64,000 nt of DNA, taken from an uncultured Methanosarcinales archaeon. Its GTDB lineage: Archaea; Halobacteriota; Methanosarcinia; Methanotrichales; Methanotrichaceae. The DNA lies in assembly GCA_963843555.1 (NCBI GenBank), contig CAWJKV010000007.1:96001-160000 (forward strand). Reading direction: 5' to 3'. This document shows positions 11,714-22,595 of the stretch, piece by piece (position 1 is the stretch's first letter; every line of letters begins with the position of its first letter). The notes under the pieces are model-generated. The model worked only from the letters and a program-made list of their open reading frames with translations, was not told the origin of the DNA and made no database searches. Both the position numbers and the translations under genes were made by a program.

Positions 11714-12264
11714 ATGAGACTCATGAAGCCTGGTATATCGGTGCAAATTGTCCTGGCAATATTTGCGTTTTCAGTCCTTTATGTATCGGCCGTCCAAGCC
11801 GAGGAGATTGATATGAAGAACCTTGAAGTGAAATTGGGTTTCACCCGGATTCCGGATGAGTATACGTGCGTTGGATCAGACACTTCGCCAGAGATTGGGA
11901 TTCAAGGGCTTAATGCCACGTCCATGGCAGTGATAGTCGATGACCCGGATGCGGCCTGGGGGCACCTTCACTCACTGGATCATCTGGAATATTCCGCCCA
12001 TGGACATGATACCTGGAGCAATTCCAAAGAATGCTACAGTTAAAAAGCCCATCTCGGCCATGCAGGGGATGACCTCTTTCGGAGAAGTCGGATATGGTGG
12101 CCCCTGCCCGCCTCCGGGAAAACCGCACAGGTATTTCTTCCGCGTCTTTGGACTGGACAGGATGCTGGACCTCCGCCCTGGCGCCTCGAGATCAGGATCT
12201 GGAGAAGGCAATGGTGGGCCACGTGCTGCAGAAGGGAGAGGCCATGGCCACCTATGGAAGGTGA
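11714..12264 (+). CDS. YbhB/YbcL (PEBP) family protein with signal peptide (two +1 indels near 11953 and 12191)
   Basis: DDPDA(P)GGTFTHW and GYGGPCPPPGKPHRYFF motifs across frames. Confidence 0.85.
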
Positions 12265-12376
12265 TTCTATAATCCTTTCTGGAATAACACTCCTTGGGAC
12301 AGCACTCTCTTTTTGATGCCTTAAACAGCGGAAAATTAAAAAGAAAAAAAAGCCGGATTTACCCCGGGCGCAGAAT

Positions 12377-14671
12377 TCAGACTGGTTGGAGAGGAGCTGC
12401 TCCTCTCACAAGGCCTGTGATCAATGAGAATCCTTCACCGCCAGTCCCGGAATTCCTGGGCCAAATATCGACGCTCCAATTTCCTTTTGCAGGCTTATGC
12501 AGGAAATAGTAATCATAGTTGGAGCCTATCAGGTGCGATACATTCTGATCGTCACCCTCCAGAGGTAAAGCGATTCCATTCGGCTGAATCAGGACTACTG
12601 TGAATGGACTGGCTTGCCAGGAGAGCCCGATCATCTCTGCCTGATCAGACATCGAGAGATCGCTTTGGTTTCCCGAAACAGTCTGGTTCTGTCCCAGCAA
12701 TCTCACGAATCGCAGAGGCGGTGCACTTGAATATGCGATACCATTCTCCACCTTCAAAGTTTCAAGAGCTGTAACCTTGGCCCCCCAGGGCAGAGTTACA
12801 ACTGATCCGGCAGGAATGGTGTAGTTGTAAGATTCGGTGGGCTGACTGGTTTTGTAGGGCTCAGTATAGGGAGCGACATAGGGGTAGGGATAGGCATAGG
12901 GATAGTTATAGTAGGGATATTGACAGAAGCCATTGATGCACGTCTTTCCCGGCTCGCAGACCACAAGTGCGTGTATGCAGCCCCAGACACTATCGCAATA
13001 GTCTATAGTGCAGGGATTGCCGTCGTCACAACTTTTCTGCTTATGGACACAATTACCATTGCCGTCACAATAGTCGGTTGTGCAGCTTTTGCCGTCATTA
13101 CAATTTTTCGGGACATTCTTGCACCCCGTGACTGGATCGCAGGAATCGACGGTGCAGGGATTCTTGTCGTCACAGTTTTTCGATTTATGCACACAAGCGG
13201 TTCCATTGTAGGAGTCCGTGGTGCAAGCGCTACCATCATCACAGCTTGTCAGGATGTGAACGCAATTCCCTTCATAGCAGTAATCGAAGGTGGTGGCATT
13301 TCCGTCGTCGCAATCCTTCGGAGTGTGCACGCATGCCTTCCCATTGAAGGTATCGATGGTGCACAAATCGCTATCATTGCAGTCTGGTTGATGATGCTTG
13401 GCCGAGAATGCTTGACTGGCCGAGATTGACTGATTCGAGAACTCGGTTGTGATGTTATCTTCGCTATTGATAACGATGGGCTCATTAATGCAAGCTCCGG
13501 CTTGGCAGGAATCGAGAGTGCTGTCATTTCCATCATCGCAATTCCTTGGCATGTAAATGCAGGCTGCGCCGTTGTAGCTATCTATGGTGCAGGGATCGCC
13601 GTCATCACAGATTATCTCGGTCGATACATTCTCTTTGTCGCTTTGAGATTCGTTGCTGGTAACATTCTCTTCATTGAATGTAGACCAATATCTGTCTTCA
13701 GAAACACCTGGCTCCCAGGGTTCGAAGGCACCTGCATTTCCGCTATCATTGCTTAATGGCGCTCTTGCACAACTACAGGAGCCGGATGCATCGGCAATGC
13801 CTGCGTTCCCGTCATCACAGATCATAGGATCATGAACACAGCCATTTGCACCACAGTTGTCCATGGTGCAGGGGTTGCCGTCATCGCAGTTCAAGAGATC
13901 ATGAACACAGCCGTTTGCACCACAGTAATCATGGTGCAGGGGTTGCCGTCATCGCAGTTCAACAGGATCATGAACACAGCCGTTTGCACCACAGTAATCA
14001 GTGGTACAGGGGTTGCCGTCATCGCAGTTCACAGGATCATGAACACAGCCATTTGGACCGCAGTTATCAGTGGTACAGGGATTGCCGTCATCGCAGTTCA
14101 TGGGATCATGAACACAGCCATTTGGGCCGCAGTAGTCCATAGTACAGGGGTTGCCGTCATCGCAGTTCATGGGATCATGAACACAGCCATTTGGTCCGCA
14201 GTAGTCCATAGTGCAGGGATTGCCGTCATCGCAGTTCATGGGATCATGAACACAGCCATTTGGTCCGCAGTAGTCCATAGTACATGGATTCCGGTCATCG
14301 CAATTCACAGGATCGTGAACACAGCCATTTGGGCCGTAATAATCCCTGGTACATGGGTTGCCGTCGCTGCAGTTCACCAATGCAGGGGCAGCCCCTCCTC
14401 CCCCGAAAGTCACATTCGTAAAGGGGTTGAAGCTCCCAATTCGTCCTAGCTGGTTGATATTGGCGTTCATTCCATAAGCATTCCGCGTAGACTGGCTCCT
14501 GTCCTCGCAATTCGTCATGGGGACATGCTGGCATTCAGTTCCATTGCAGTAGTCCTTAGTGCAGGAATCTCTGTCATCACATTCTCCGCATTGCGCCGAA
14601 ACGCAGGATGGAAATAATAATGACAAGAGAATAAATATTGGGATATATCTGCAAAGCTTACCTTTAACCAT
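12377..14671 (-). CDS. Secreted cysteine-rich repeat protein (CDDGNPCTxDxC, Dicty_CTDC-like repeats), about 764 aa; two compensating indels near 13961 and 13931
   Basis: Signal peptide from ATG 14671; ORFs 13949..14788 and 12377..13894 carry the same repeat and join after indel correction. Confidence 0.8.
13805..14375 (-). repeat. Coding tandem repeat, 69-bp period (23 aa NCDDGNPCTMDYCGPNGCVHDPM), about 8 copies
   Basis: ggatcatgaacacagcc-like unit at 13827, 13896, 13965, 14034, 14103, 14172, 14241 and 14310. Confidence 0.95.
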
Positions 14672-14745
14672 ATTTTTTACCACACTTTTCACTCCCATAT
14701 AAGTCGAAGAATCCTTTTTATTTCTAACTTTCGCTCTTAGGAGTA

Positions 14746-15621
14746 TCATCCACAGGGTGGCGGTTCTGTGGACTCCAACTTCTTCCACATTCGCACCGCA
14801 TGATTTCCCCGCCCATAATAGTTCCTGACCAGCTCCCTCTCCTGGTAGCCTGCTTTTCGGTAGAGCTCCAGAGCACCTGGCTTTTCCAGAGCGGCCTCCA
14901 GGCGGACGGCCTTTGCACCCAATTTGGCAAGCTCCTTCTCCAAAGCCTTTATGAGCTCGCTGCCTATGCCTTTCCTCCGGTAACCGGTATGAACATCCAA
15001 TGTATAAACGGCACCTGCGTTTCCGCTGGTGTATCCCATGACAAAGCCCAGGACCTTTTCCTCAGGCTCACAGGCCACCAGAGCCACAGCGTAGCGGATG
15101 AGGTAGGCAAACATCCCGGGAGGGAAGGCGGTCTCCTCCGGGAAGCAGAGCCCTTCGATCTGCACGATCTGGGCCAGATCCTTGGGCTCTGCTTTGCGTA
15201 TCTTCATTTCTTTATCAGGGATTGGTCTTGCTACCTGTCTCACCACATTGGCATAATTCCCAAAAACCTCAGGGATATCGATAGTTCCAATCACATCCAC
15301 GACGCCAATGGCGGCAATGGCCCGTCCTTCTACTATTATGGGTGCGACAGATACCGGCACTCCCGCGTAGGCTCCACTCTCCGGAACGGTGCGAATGGCC
15401 TTGCCGGTCCTGATGACCTCTTCCAGGACCGGGCCGCTGTAGCTCTTATCCAGAACCTTGCCTTTTTCTACCCGGACTCCCGGATATTTCGAGCCGCGCA
15501 TGGTTACGGGAAGCTGGATGATCTCGTTGAGCGCGAGAGCGAGATCTGCCAGATCCTCAGACCTGGCCTCTTCAGATATCACGAGCCTGGACATGTCAGC
15601 AATATTTGGCTGCAATATCAA
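14746..15621 (-). CDS. DUF2111-like domain followed in frame by a RimI-like GNAT acetyltransferase
   Basis: N-half PVTMRG...Y.GPVLEEV...GVPVSVAPI...AIGVVD; C-half LDVHTGYRRKGIG, ALELYRKAGY, NYYG. Confidence 0.75.
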   Translation of the reverse strand: MILQPNIADMSRLVISEEARSEDLADLALALNEIIQLPVTMRGSKYPGVRVEKGKVLDKSYSGPVLEEVIRTGKAIRTVPESGAYAGVPVSVAPIIVEGRAIAAIGVVDVIGTIDIPEVFGNYANVVRQVARPIPDKEMKIRKAEPKDLAQIVQIEGLCFPEETAFPPGMFAYLIRYAVALVACEPEEKVLGFVMGYTSGNAGAVYTLDVHTGYRRKGIGSELIKALEKELAKLGAKAVRLEAALEKPGALELYRKAGYQERELVRNYYGRGNHAVRMWKKLESTEPPPCG

Positions 15622-16145
15622 ATAAATGCTGCCCTTATCGAGAGTCCAATTTTGACTCCGATCAGTCCAAGACGGATCCAGGGTCGCCTGACTAAAACAT
15701 GCTGAAGGTTAATGATCTCGAAGCACAGACATGATAGGCAAATCGCGCATTGCTCGATCAGTTTCATCTCAATTACATCGGAGATGCCGTAGAAATGCCA
15801 CAGAACTGTTCTGAGGTGAACATCAAGACTTGCAGGTTAAGCGTGGCACTTATGCAGCACCAACAGAGTGCTTAATCCTATTCTGGCAAAGTCTTCATTC
15901 AGCTACCATAAGAATGAAGATCAAGTAAAACTGAGTGGTTGCTGATATCGATCAATTGATCTTGATGCTATCGATTCCGGCAAAGGCAGAACTTGGAGCG
16001 CAACATGAGAGGTTTGAGACGAGAAGAGTCCTTATAATAATATCTTGCAGTTTAAAGCATATCGAAAAAAAGAGAGATTGGATTACAGGTTATACGCACC
16101 TATAGATGAGGATCAACCTGTATATCTCAGCTCCTTTACCTTACC

Positions 16146-17631
16146 CTACTTCTTCGGATCGAACTTTATTGCCCTATCGTACACTATCTCTGAGTAGGAC
16201 GGCCCGGTCTTTGTAGCCTTTTCCAGATAGCTCCTCCAGGCAATGAAGAGCGGTTGATCCAGACCTATGCCGTAGGCTCCCGGACCAGTGGGAACCTCAA
16301 AGCAGTGTGGATCGCCATTGCAATTTCTGGCAATCTTGTAGACATAGAGGTATTTCGCGTTGGGATTGTCGGGCAGGTATTCCTCAGCAGTTCCATTAAA
16401 TTCAGCGTCATGGATTGCTCCAACACCATTCCATGCATCTGCTCCATAGAGGACAAAGTTCTCGTACGTCGCTTTTCCTGTGGCTACATGGTTAACCCCA
16501 TAGACGATTATGAACTCATTGGTATCGTTGCCCAAAGTAATCGCTGGATTCGGCATGAAATCATAGTACTGCGAGAGATTAGGGAATGGAGGTGTCGGCG
16601 AATTCGGAGTTCGGGTTGATGTCCATAGATAGCAGGCATCGTTGTCAGGGCCTAAGGCATCGATTCCTCTCTGGATAGCATCACTTCCCGATGGGACTGC
16701 TATACTAGTTGGAAGCTCTGTAGCGTTCAAATCGCTATATTTATTGAGAATAGCATTCCTCAGCTGTTCGAGATCATCCATAAGGTCAAACTCTGTTTTA
16801 CCCGTTCCACGAACCTTTAGTTCTGGATATTTATACGGATCCAGGCTTTGTAGATTCGTTGGGAGTTATGCGGAAAACAGTTGCAGGTGTGTTATTGAGG
16901 TAGTTATCGCCAGCTTGCTTATCTTTGTATAGTGCTGGGCGAATTAACATTATAAAATTATCGGAGCTATTCTCTAAGCCCATATTCAGGACGGCTGAGG
17001 GAAGCGCCTGAGTATTAAATATGCCGCTTGGATATCCTGCTGATAACGCAGCAGCCCGGATGCGTTGATCAATGCCTCTGTCGGCCGTAGCGACTATCAC
17101 AGTAGTTTGATTAAATGGATTTCCAGCCGACCCATTGGGCGTCCCTTCAGTATTGATCACCAAGTTGTTTACTGTATCGGCCAAGTTGGCAAAGATCCAT
17201 CGTGTCTCATTTCCATATGTCCTAGACAACAAATAATGATCGAAACTAAAGTATCTACATTCTGGTGGCGTTCTTCCTACGAAAACAACGGCTTCATCTG
17301 GACCAATAGTCCAAAAAGCAGATGTGTCCTGACCCATTCCAAGTGCTTTGGTTATTCTAGAAAACAGCTCAGGTACGTTACGGCCAGGCGCAGGTGGAAC
17401 AAAATATGTCAAATATCTTGTGCTGGGGTTGTTTCCATATGCAGAAGGCAACACTCCTGTGTCGTATAACTTGATTATATCCAAATAACCTATCCTGCCT
17501 TGTTGTACAGTGAATCCATCTTTTTCTAAGGTCTGTTTAAAAGTTGTTACGTTACCTATGTCCACATTCTCTGCATGGCATGCTCCTATTAACATGGCAA
17601 ATAAAATTGCCAATATTATATAGACTCTCAT
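16146..17631 (-). CDS. Hypothetical secreted protein (+1 indel near 16845)
   Basis: Signal peptide; ORFs 16831..17631 and 16146..16781 join through KLDPYKYPELKVRGTGKTEFDLMDD. Confidence 0.7.
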
Positions 17632-17743
17632 ATATTATATTCCTCCTAAGTTAATTTATCATTAGTTATCATCATACCTACAAAAATCTTTGGACACGTT
17701 GTCGAAGCAATGTATTGAATAAATGGTGAGCAAACGAATAATA

Positions 17744-17767
17744 GTGCGGGGGTCTCATCCCCCGCAC
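17744..17767. repeat. Perfect 9-bp GC-rich inverted repeat (hairpin)
   Basis: GTGCGGGGG-tctcat-CCCCCGCAC. Confidence 0.7.
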
Positions 17768-17867
17768 CTTGATATCAGCAGCGGTAAATTTCGCTCAATG
17801 TTTCTTACCAGTAATAAATGCGGGGCAGCATTCTATGTCTATCTCTTAAATCGACCATACATGTTAT

Positions 17868-18506
17868 ATGAAGGAATTCATTAAGATGTTCGGCATGGAT
17901 GAGAAGGAGTATTATAAAAAGTGTAAAACCCCCTCCACTTGGTATTTTGCTGGGTGTCAAATGTATAACGCGGCTGTTACTCTTTTAGATATATGGACGG
18001 ATGCTATAAACAAACCGATACCACGTATACCTATTTCCCCAACCACTGAAGAATTAAATGCAATTACGGAACACCTTTCGAAATGTTGCGACTTATTTCC
18101 TGTCTATATGATGCTCATGGGCTACGCACTTGAGAACATGTCGAAAGGCTTAGAGCTTATGGAAAAAACCAAACCTGGTGGCGACCTGGCGGGTCGCTCG
18201 AACCTAACCGTTAAAAATCTAGGTTTTGGTGGCAAAAGAGGCCATGAAACTTTAGAAAGGCTGGACAGGTTAGAAATATCTCTTGATCCAGATGAGAGAG
18301 AAGCAGTTCAAATCGCTGTTGATCATGTCATTTGGGCGGGCAGATATGGTATTCCGATGAATCCTGGAAAGCATGCCTCGGATAACATGCCTGATGTCAT
18401 CAAAGAACGACGAAAATATGCCGATGCACTAAAACCCCTTTTCGACAGGCTTTATGAAAAATATAGAGAAAGGGCTTTTCTCTACTTCGGTTCGATATTG
18501 GATTGA
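17868..18506 (+). CDS. Hypothetical protein, HEPN-like
   Basis: LMGYALENMSKG, GHETLERL and WAGRYGIP resemble HEPN-fold motifs; helical composition. Confidence 0.5.
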   Translation: MKEFIKMFGMDEKEYYKKCKTPSTWYFAGCQMYNAAVTLLDIWTDAINKPIPRIPISPTTEELNAITEHLSKCCDLFPVYMMLMGYALENMSKGLELMEKTKPGGDLAGRSNLTVKNLGFGGKRGHETLERLDRLEISLDPDEREAVQIAVDHVIWAGRYGIPMNPGKHASDNMPDVIKERRKYADALKPLFDRLYEKYRERAFLYFGSILD

Positions 18507-19022
18507 AAGGCATTTCAACGCATCCAGTCTGCATGTTGTATATACTCACTTATACTGTCAAAGAGACCATTGCAGGGCCTACAAATATTTTTATAGATAC
18601 ATTCCTGGACTCGTTACCCCTGATGTTGCGCTCTGGATTGTGGGCTACTAATTTGGTTCTAGACGATGCTGCTTTTTCGATAGCTGGCAATTGTCGATAA
18701 TTGATTCCATAGTGTATGGAATAGGAACTTTGCCAGAAGCGAAAATAGGGCCTGTTAAGAGAATGCCAAAAAGAGAGATGGATTCTTGCAGGTTACACAT
18801 ATTTACTTTTTGCAATACCGATCTCCTTCTTCAGTCCTTTTTGGTGGGATGCAAAAGGGAAGTATTTAACTAAGATATGCAGAATAAGCGAACATGGACG
18901 AAAAGAAGCCGTTTATGCCCAAAATCGAAAGGCCAGATATGCAGGAATTCCTTGATAGTCTTCCAAAACCGGTATTTCCAATAGAGGAAAAAACGATTAT
19001 AGGGAAAAACGTTACCGTGTTC

Positions 19023-20481
19023 CATCGGTCATCGGTTAAGACCACCACTCAGCTCTGAAGCGTTCGCGATTGACATGAGGATCGAGAGCCTGACTACCAT
19101 AAACACCTAAACTAGTTTCTAAAGTCTTGGTTATTCCTAGATGTCGCAAGATGAGGGTAAGTTGATCGCCCGCATTTTCTGCGAAAACAATGCTCCATCT
19201 AAGCTGAGTAAAACGTATTATATTTTTTTCTGCATGATATTTTCTTACGTTGTAATATGTCCTCCTGCTAACGAGGAGTGTTAGAATTGCAACCCAGATT
19301 AGGGCTTCGATTATCTGAGGATTTTTGGTGTTAATGACGTCAAGTGCATACCTGCTCTTCAGTTCCTTGAACATTAATTCGATATCCCAGCGCGCTCCGT
19401 AAAGTTTTCCAATATCTTCTGGCTCCAGAATATCTGAATTAATATTAGTAATATATGTATGATATTTTTCATCCTCTTCATTATGTATAGCCACGAGACG
19501 AAATCGATGTGTATCGGATTTACTGATTCCTTTGTAGGATCTACGCTTGAAGGTTACTTCGATTTCAACATCCAGTATTTGTCTTTTAAGTTTTGGTAGT
19601 ATGTCTTGGAGATAGGCTCCGGACACGTCGATAGTCTGACCTCTCCAGGTTCTATTCGCCTTAATGATTAATGGATTGGAGTTTTCTTTTAGACGAGAGA
19701 CGAAATAGCCACCATTTTCAGCAATTCTCGAAAATAGTTGATATTTATAGAAACCAAGATCAAAGAGGAGAATTTTGTCTTTTATCCAAGGCCCAACACG
19801 GATTGTCTTTAGCTCATTAGTGCTTTCTGAATGAAGTGAGACACTCTCAGGAGTGTTTCCTTTTGCACTTACAAGGATCGAAACTTTTAGGCCCGCTGCT
19901 TCTTTCTTTGATCGTGCCGCAGGGTATAGCTTGGATAAGCTCGCATGAAGCCGGACTATTGTGCTATCTTGGATTAGGATATCGCTAAATTTAATTAATT
20001 TTTTATTAATGTTGTGGCTTTGTTCCTGAGCTAGATATTCAATTCCATGGAGCACGCAAGCTTTAAGAAAAGCTACGAGTTCCGGAGTAAAGCGGTAATA
20101 CCAGCTGCTGTCGCTCAAATTATCTTGGGACTCTTTTTCATAGCTGCGCTTTAAACTCGCTAATGTTCTCTGAAGACGGACGCCGAAATTCAAAGTCAGA
20201 ACCCAAAACATCACTACTGCATCAATTTTACGTTCACGTTTTATTAATCCAGTCTCAATTGCGGTCTTTCTTAAAAACTCCGGCGAAAACATAGAGCATA
20301 GATCCCTCTCTATGATGCTTTGATCTGTAATTGAGCTATCTGTGACCATTAGCTACTCTCCGAGATAGAAATAAGATCACAGCGCCTATATAAAACTAAA
20401 CTTGATCCGAAAACAATTTCAGTACAAAGCGGAAAATAGATCTAGGCAATTTGCCTTTTCGTCCTTAAACGATGACCGATG
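19023..20481 (-). mobile_element. IS4-family (ISH8-like) insertion sequence, 1459 bp
   Basis: Terminal repeats CATCGGTCATCGGTTAAG (19023-19040) and CTTAAACGATGACCGATG (20464-20481), 1 mismatch; 10-bp target duplication TACCGTGTTC at 19013-19022 and 20482-20491. Confidence 0.95.
19036..20349 (-). CDS. IS4-family DDE transposase
   Basis: IQDST, FDLGF and YGARWDIELMFKELK (YREK motif). Confidence 0.95.
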   Translation of the reverse strand: MVTDSSITDQSIIERDLCSMFSPEFLRKTAIETGLIKRERKIDAVVMFWVLTLNFGVRLQRTLASLKRSYEKESQDNLSDSSWYYRFTPELVAFLKACVLHGIEYLAQEQSHNINKKLIKFSDILIQDSTIVRLHASLSKLYPAARSKKEAAGLKVSILVSAKGNTPESVSLHSESTNELKTIRVGPWIKDKILLFDLGFYKYQLFSRIAENGGYFVSRLKENSNPLIIKANRTWRGQTIDVSGAYLQDILPKLKRQILDVEIEVTFKRRSYKGISKSDTHRFRLVAIHNEEDEKYHTYITNINSDILEPEDIGKLYGARWDIELMFKELKSRYALDVINTKNPQIIEALIWVAILTLLVSRRTYYNVRKYHAEKNIIRFTQLRWSIVFAENAGDQLTLILRHLGITKTLETSLGVYGSQALDPHVNRERFRAEWWS

Positions 20482-20811
20482 TACCGTGTTCACAATCGAT
20501 GGAAAAGAGACGACGGGAGTGGTTCAAAGCGCCCCATATTTTGGCCTTGCGCTCAAAAATGGCACCGGCAAAGTCATAGTATTTACAAATGCTATTACAT
20601 CCATACATTTTCATGAGCACGACAAATAAGCAAAAATGCCGCCCATTCCCCGCCGCTAGTATAGGCGTAGTATTGGTGCCGGTACTAGACCGCCCGCTGG
20701 GGAAATCCAACAGTTTTGAACAGCCTAGCTACTCTTTTGGGAGGAATGCCAAGCTCTCACCTTTATGACGGCCAGCCGAAGATGATAGCAGCAAGATCTT
20801 GTTTGAGACAG

Positions 20812-21110
20812 TTATCTTTTAATGCTTCTGCAAGCACACTCATGTCCAAGTTGCCTCGCCACATCTCCGATACGAATCCCGGCATCCAACCACCATGAAG
20901 CGGCACTATGCCTGAGTAGATGTGGGATTATGCGTTTCCTGCTCCTCTGCAACACCGGAAGTTTATCTTGGAGCCCCGCTCTTGTGACGACCTCATCAAG
21001 AAGGCGTTGTACTTGTCATGAGCTTATATGGCCATCCTGACGACCCAGGAAGACGAACCCGGCCTCCCTACCATGTAAATAATCTTGCAAGGCTCCAAGG
21101 GTAGGCTTGG
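20812..21110 (-). pseudogene. Tyrosine recombinase/integrase C-terminal remnant
   Basis: Frame reads LQDYLHGREAGFVF...ISS*QVQRLLDEV...PHLLRHSAASWWLDAGIRIGDVARQLGH; internal TGA at 21016-21018; catalytic Tyr region and N-terminus missing. Confidence 0.85.
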
Positions 21111-21318
21111 GCTTACAACGGTAGCTCTAGTCATTCTAGCCAACATCTCCGTCTCCACAGGAGATCCGCCTGGCATGAAGCGGCCGGAGGGGCTGATGCC
21201 ATCGCTATCGGCCTCTGTGCAATAGTCGCTATTACTGTTGCCGCGATCCTTGCCGCCTGAGAGGAGATTGGAACCCGGATCTCCCGACCCGGCCCTCCTC
21301 CACAGATATCACGAGCCT

Positions 21319-22495
21319 TCAGCGTCCCTTCCTCTTCATCAGCCTGGCCTGGAAGCCATGGTATTTGGCAAATCCCTCTGCATCCTTCTGGCTCAGGGTC
21401 TGAGAGTCGAAGGAGACCATGTCCTGAGAGTAGAGCGCATCTGGCGACTGGCGGCCTATGGGCATAGCACTTCCGCAGAAGAGCTTCATCTTGACTGAGC
21501 CGTTCACCCTTCTTTGGGACTGATCCACAAAGGCATTCAGGTCGGCGTAGAGCGGGTCCTCCACCAGGCCCATGTAGGCCAGCTCAGACCAGAATTCATC
21601 CACCATGACCTTGAAGCGGAGCTCATTCCGGGATAAGACCAGACGCTCGAGGTCTTTATGTGCCGTGAGCAGGATCGTTGCCGCAGGATGCTCATAGTTC
21701 TCGCGCGCCTTCAGGCCCAGAACCCGGTCCTCAACCATGTCCGTCCTGCCCACGCCGTGCTCGCCTCCCATCTGATTGAGCTTCTCAATCAATCCCAGGC
21801 CGTCCATCTGCACTCCATCCAGTGAGACGGGAATGCCTTTTTCGAATCCTATCTCTACCACCTGAGACGGCCTGCTGGCATCAGGCGTTTTGGTCCAGCC
21901 GTAGATCTCCTCGGGCGGCTCGAAGTAGGGGTCCTCCAGCTTTCCTCCCTCAATGGACCGGGACCAGATATTCTCGTCGATCGACCAGGGCTTATCCTTG
22001 GTCACAGTCACTTCTATGCCGTGCTCGCGCGCATAATCGATCTCCCACTCGCGCGCCAGGTCCAGCTCTCGCATGGGCGCTATGACCCTGCAGTCCGTAG
22101 CCCGAAATATAGCCTCGAAACGGAGCTGGTCATTGCCGCGACCTGTGCACCCGTGCGCCAGGTTCTTTATGCCCAACTTCGCGGCGACTTCTACCGCTTT
22201 GCTGGCGATAAGAGGCCTGGCGATGGCTGTTCCCAGGACATATCCCTCGTATGAACCATTAGCTTTGATGAGCGGGAAGAGGCAGGTCTCCACAAACTCC
22301 ATTCTCTGCGTCTATTGTGTAATGCTCGTCCGCCAGTTGCTTTGCTCTGCGGTTTCCCCGCTCGATATCCGACCTTGGCTGGCCGACATCCACGAGAACG
22401 GTAACGATTTTATCAAATCCGTAGCGCTCCCGGAGGAGCGGTATACAAACAGATGTATCCAGGCCACCAGAATAGGCCAATACAACTTCAGACAC
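21319..22495 (-). CDS. argG: Argininosuccinate synthase (+1 indel near 22306)
   Basis: [32 protein letters not shown] and KARENYE motifs. Confidence 0.95.
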
Positions 22496-22595
22496 TTTGG
22501 CAACACCACTTTCGTACAAGAGGCAGGTCAAATTTAACCTTAACTCTTCGTCTAGGCGATAACTCTATAACTGCCACGAAAAAAAAGGAGGAATA

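Larger units (their letters stand above)
18894..20629 (+). pseudogene. Hfq/Sm-like protein (88 aa when reconstructed) interrupted by an IS
   Basis: 18894-19022 joined to 20492-20629 reads MDEKKPF...GKNVTVFTIDGKETTGVVQSAPYFGLALKNGTGKVIVFTNAITSIHFHEHDK with no stop. Confidence 0.65.

Noticed and set aside
13805..14375. Regular repeat array as a possible CRISPR
   Set aside because: The whole 69-bp unit repeats in frame with no unique spacers, it encodes Cys repeats, and no cas genes are present.
20640..21240. GC-rich stretches flanking the integrase remnant as tRNA or att site
   Set aside because: No cloverleaf or T-loop consensus, and no matching direct repeat found at the other side of the element.
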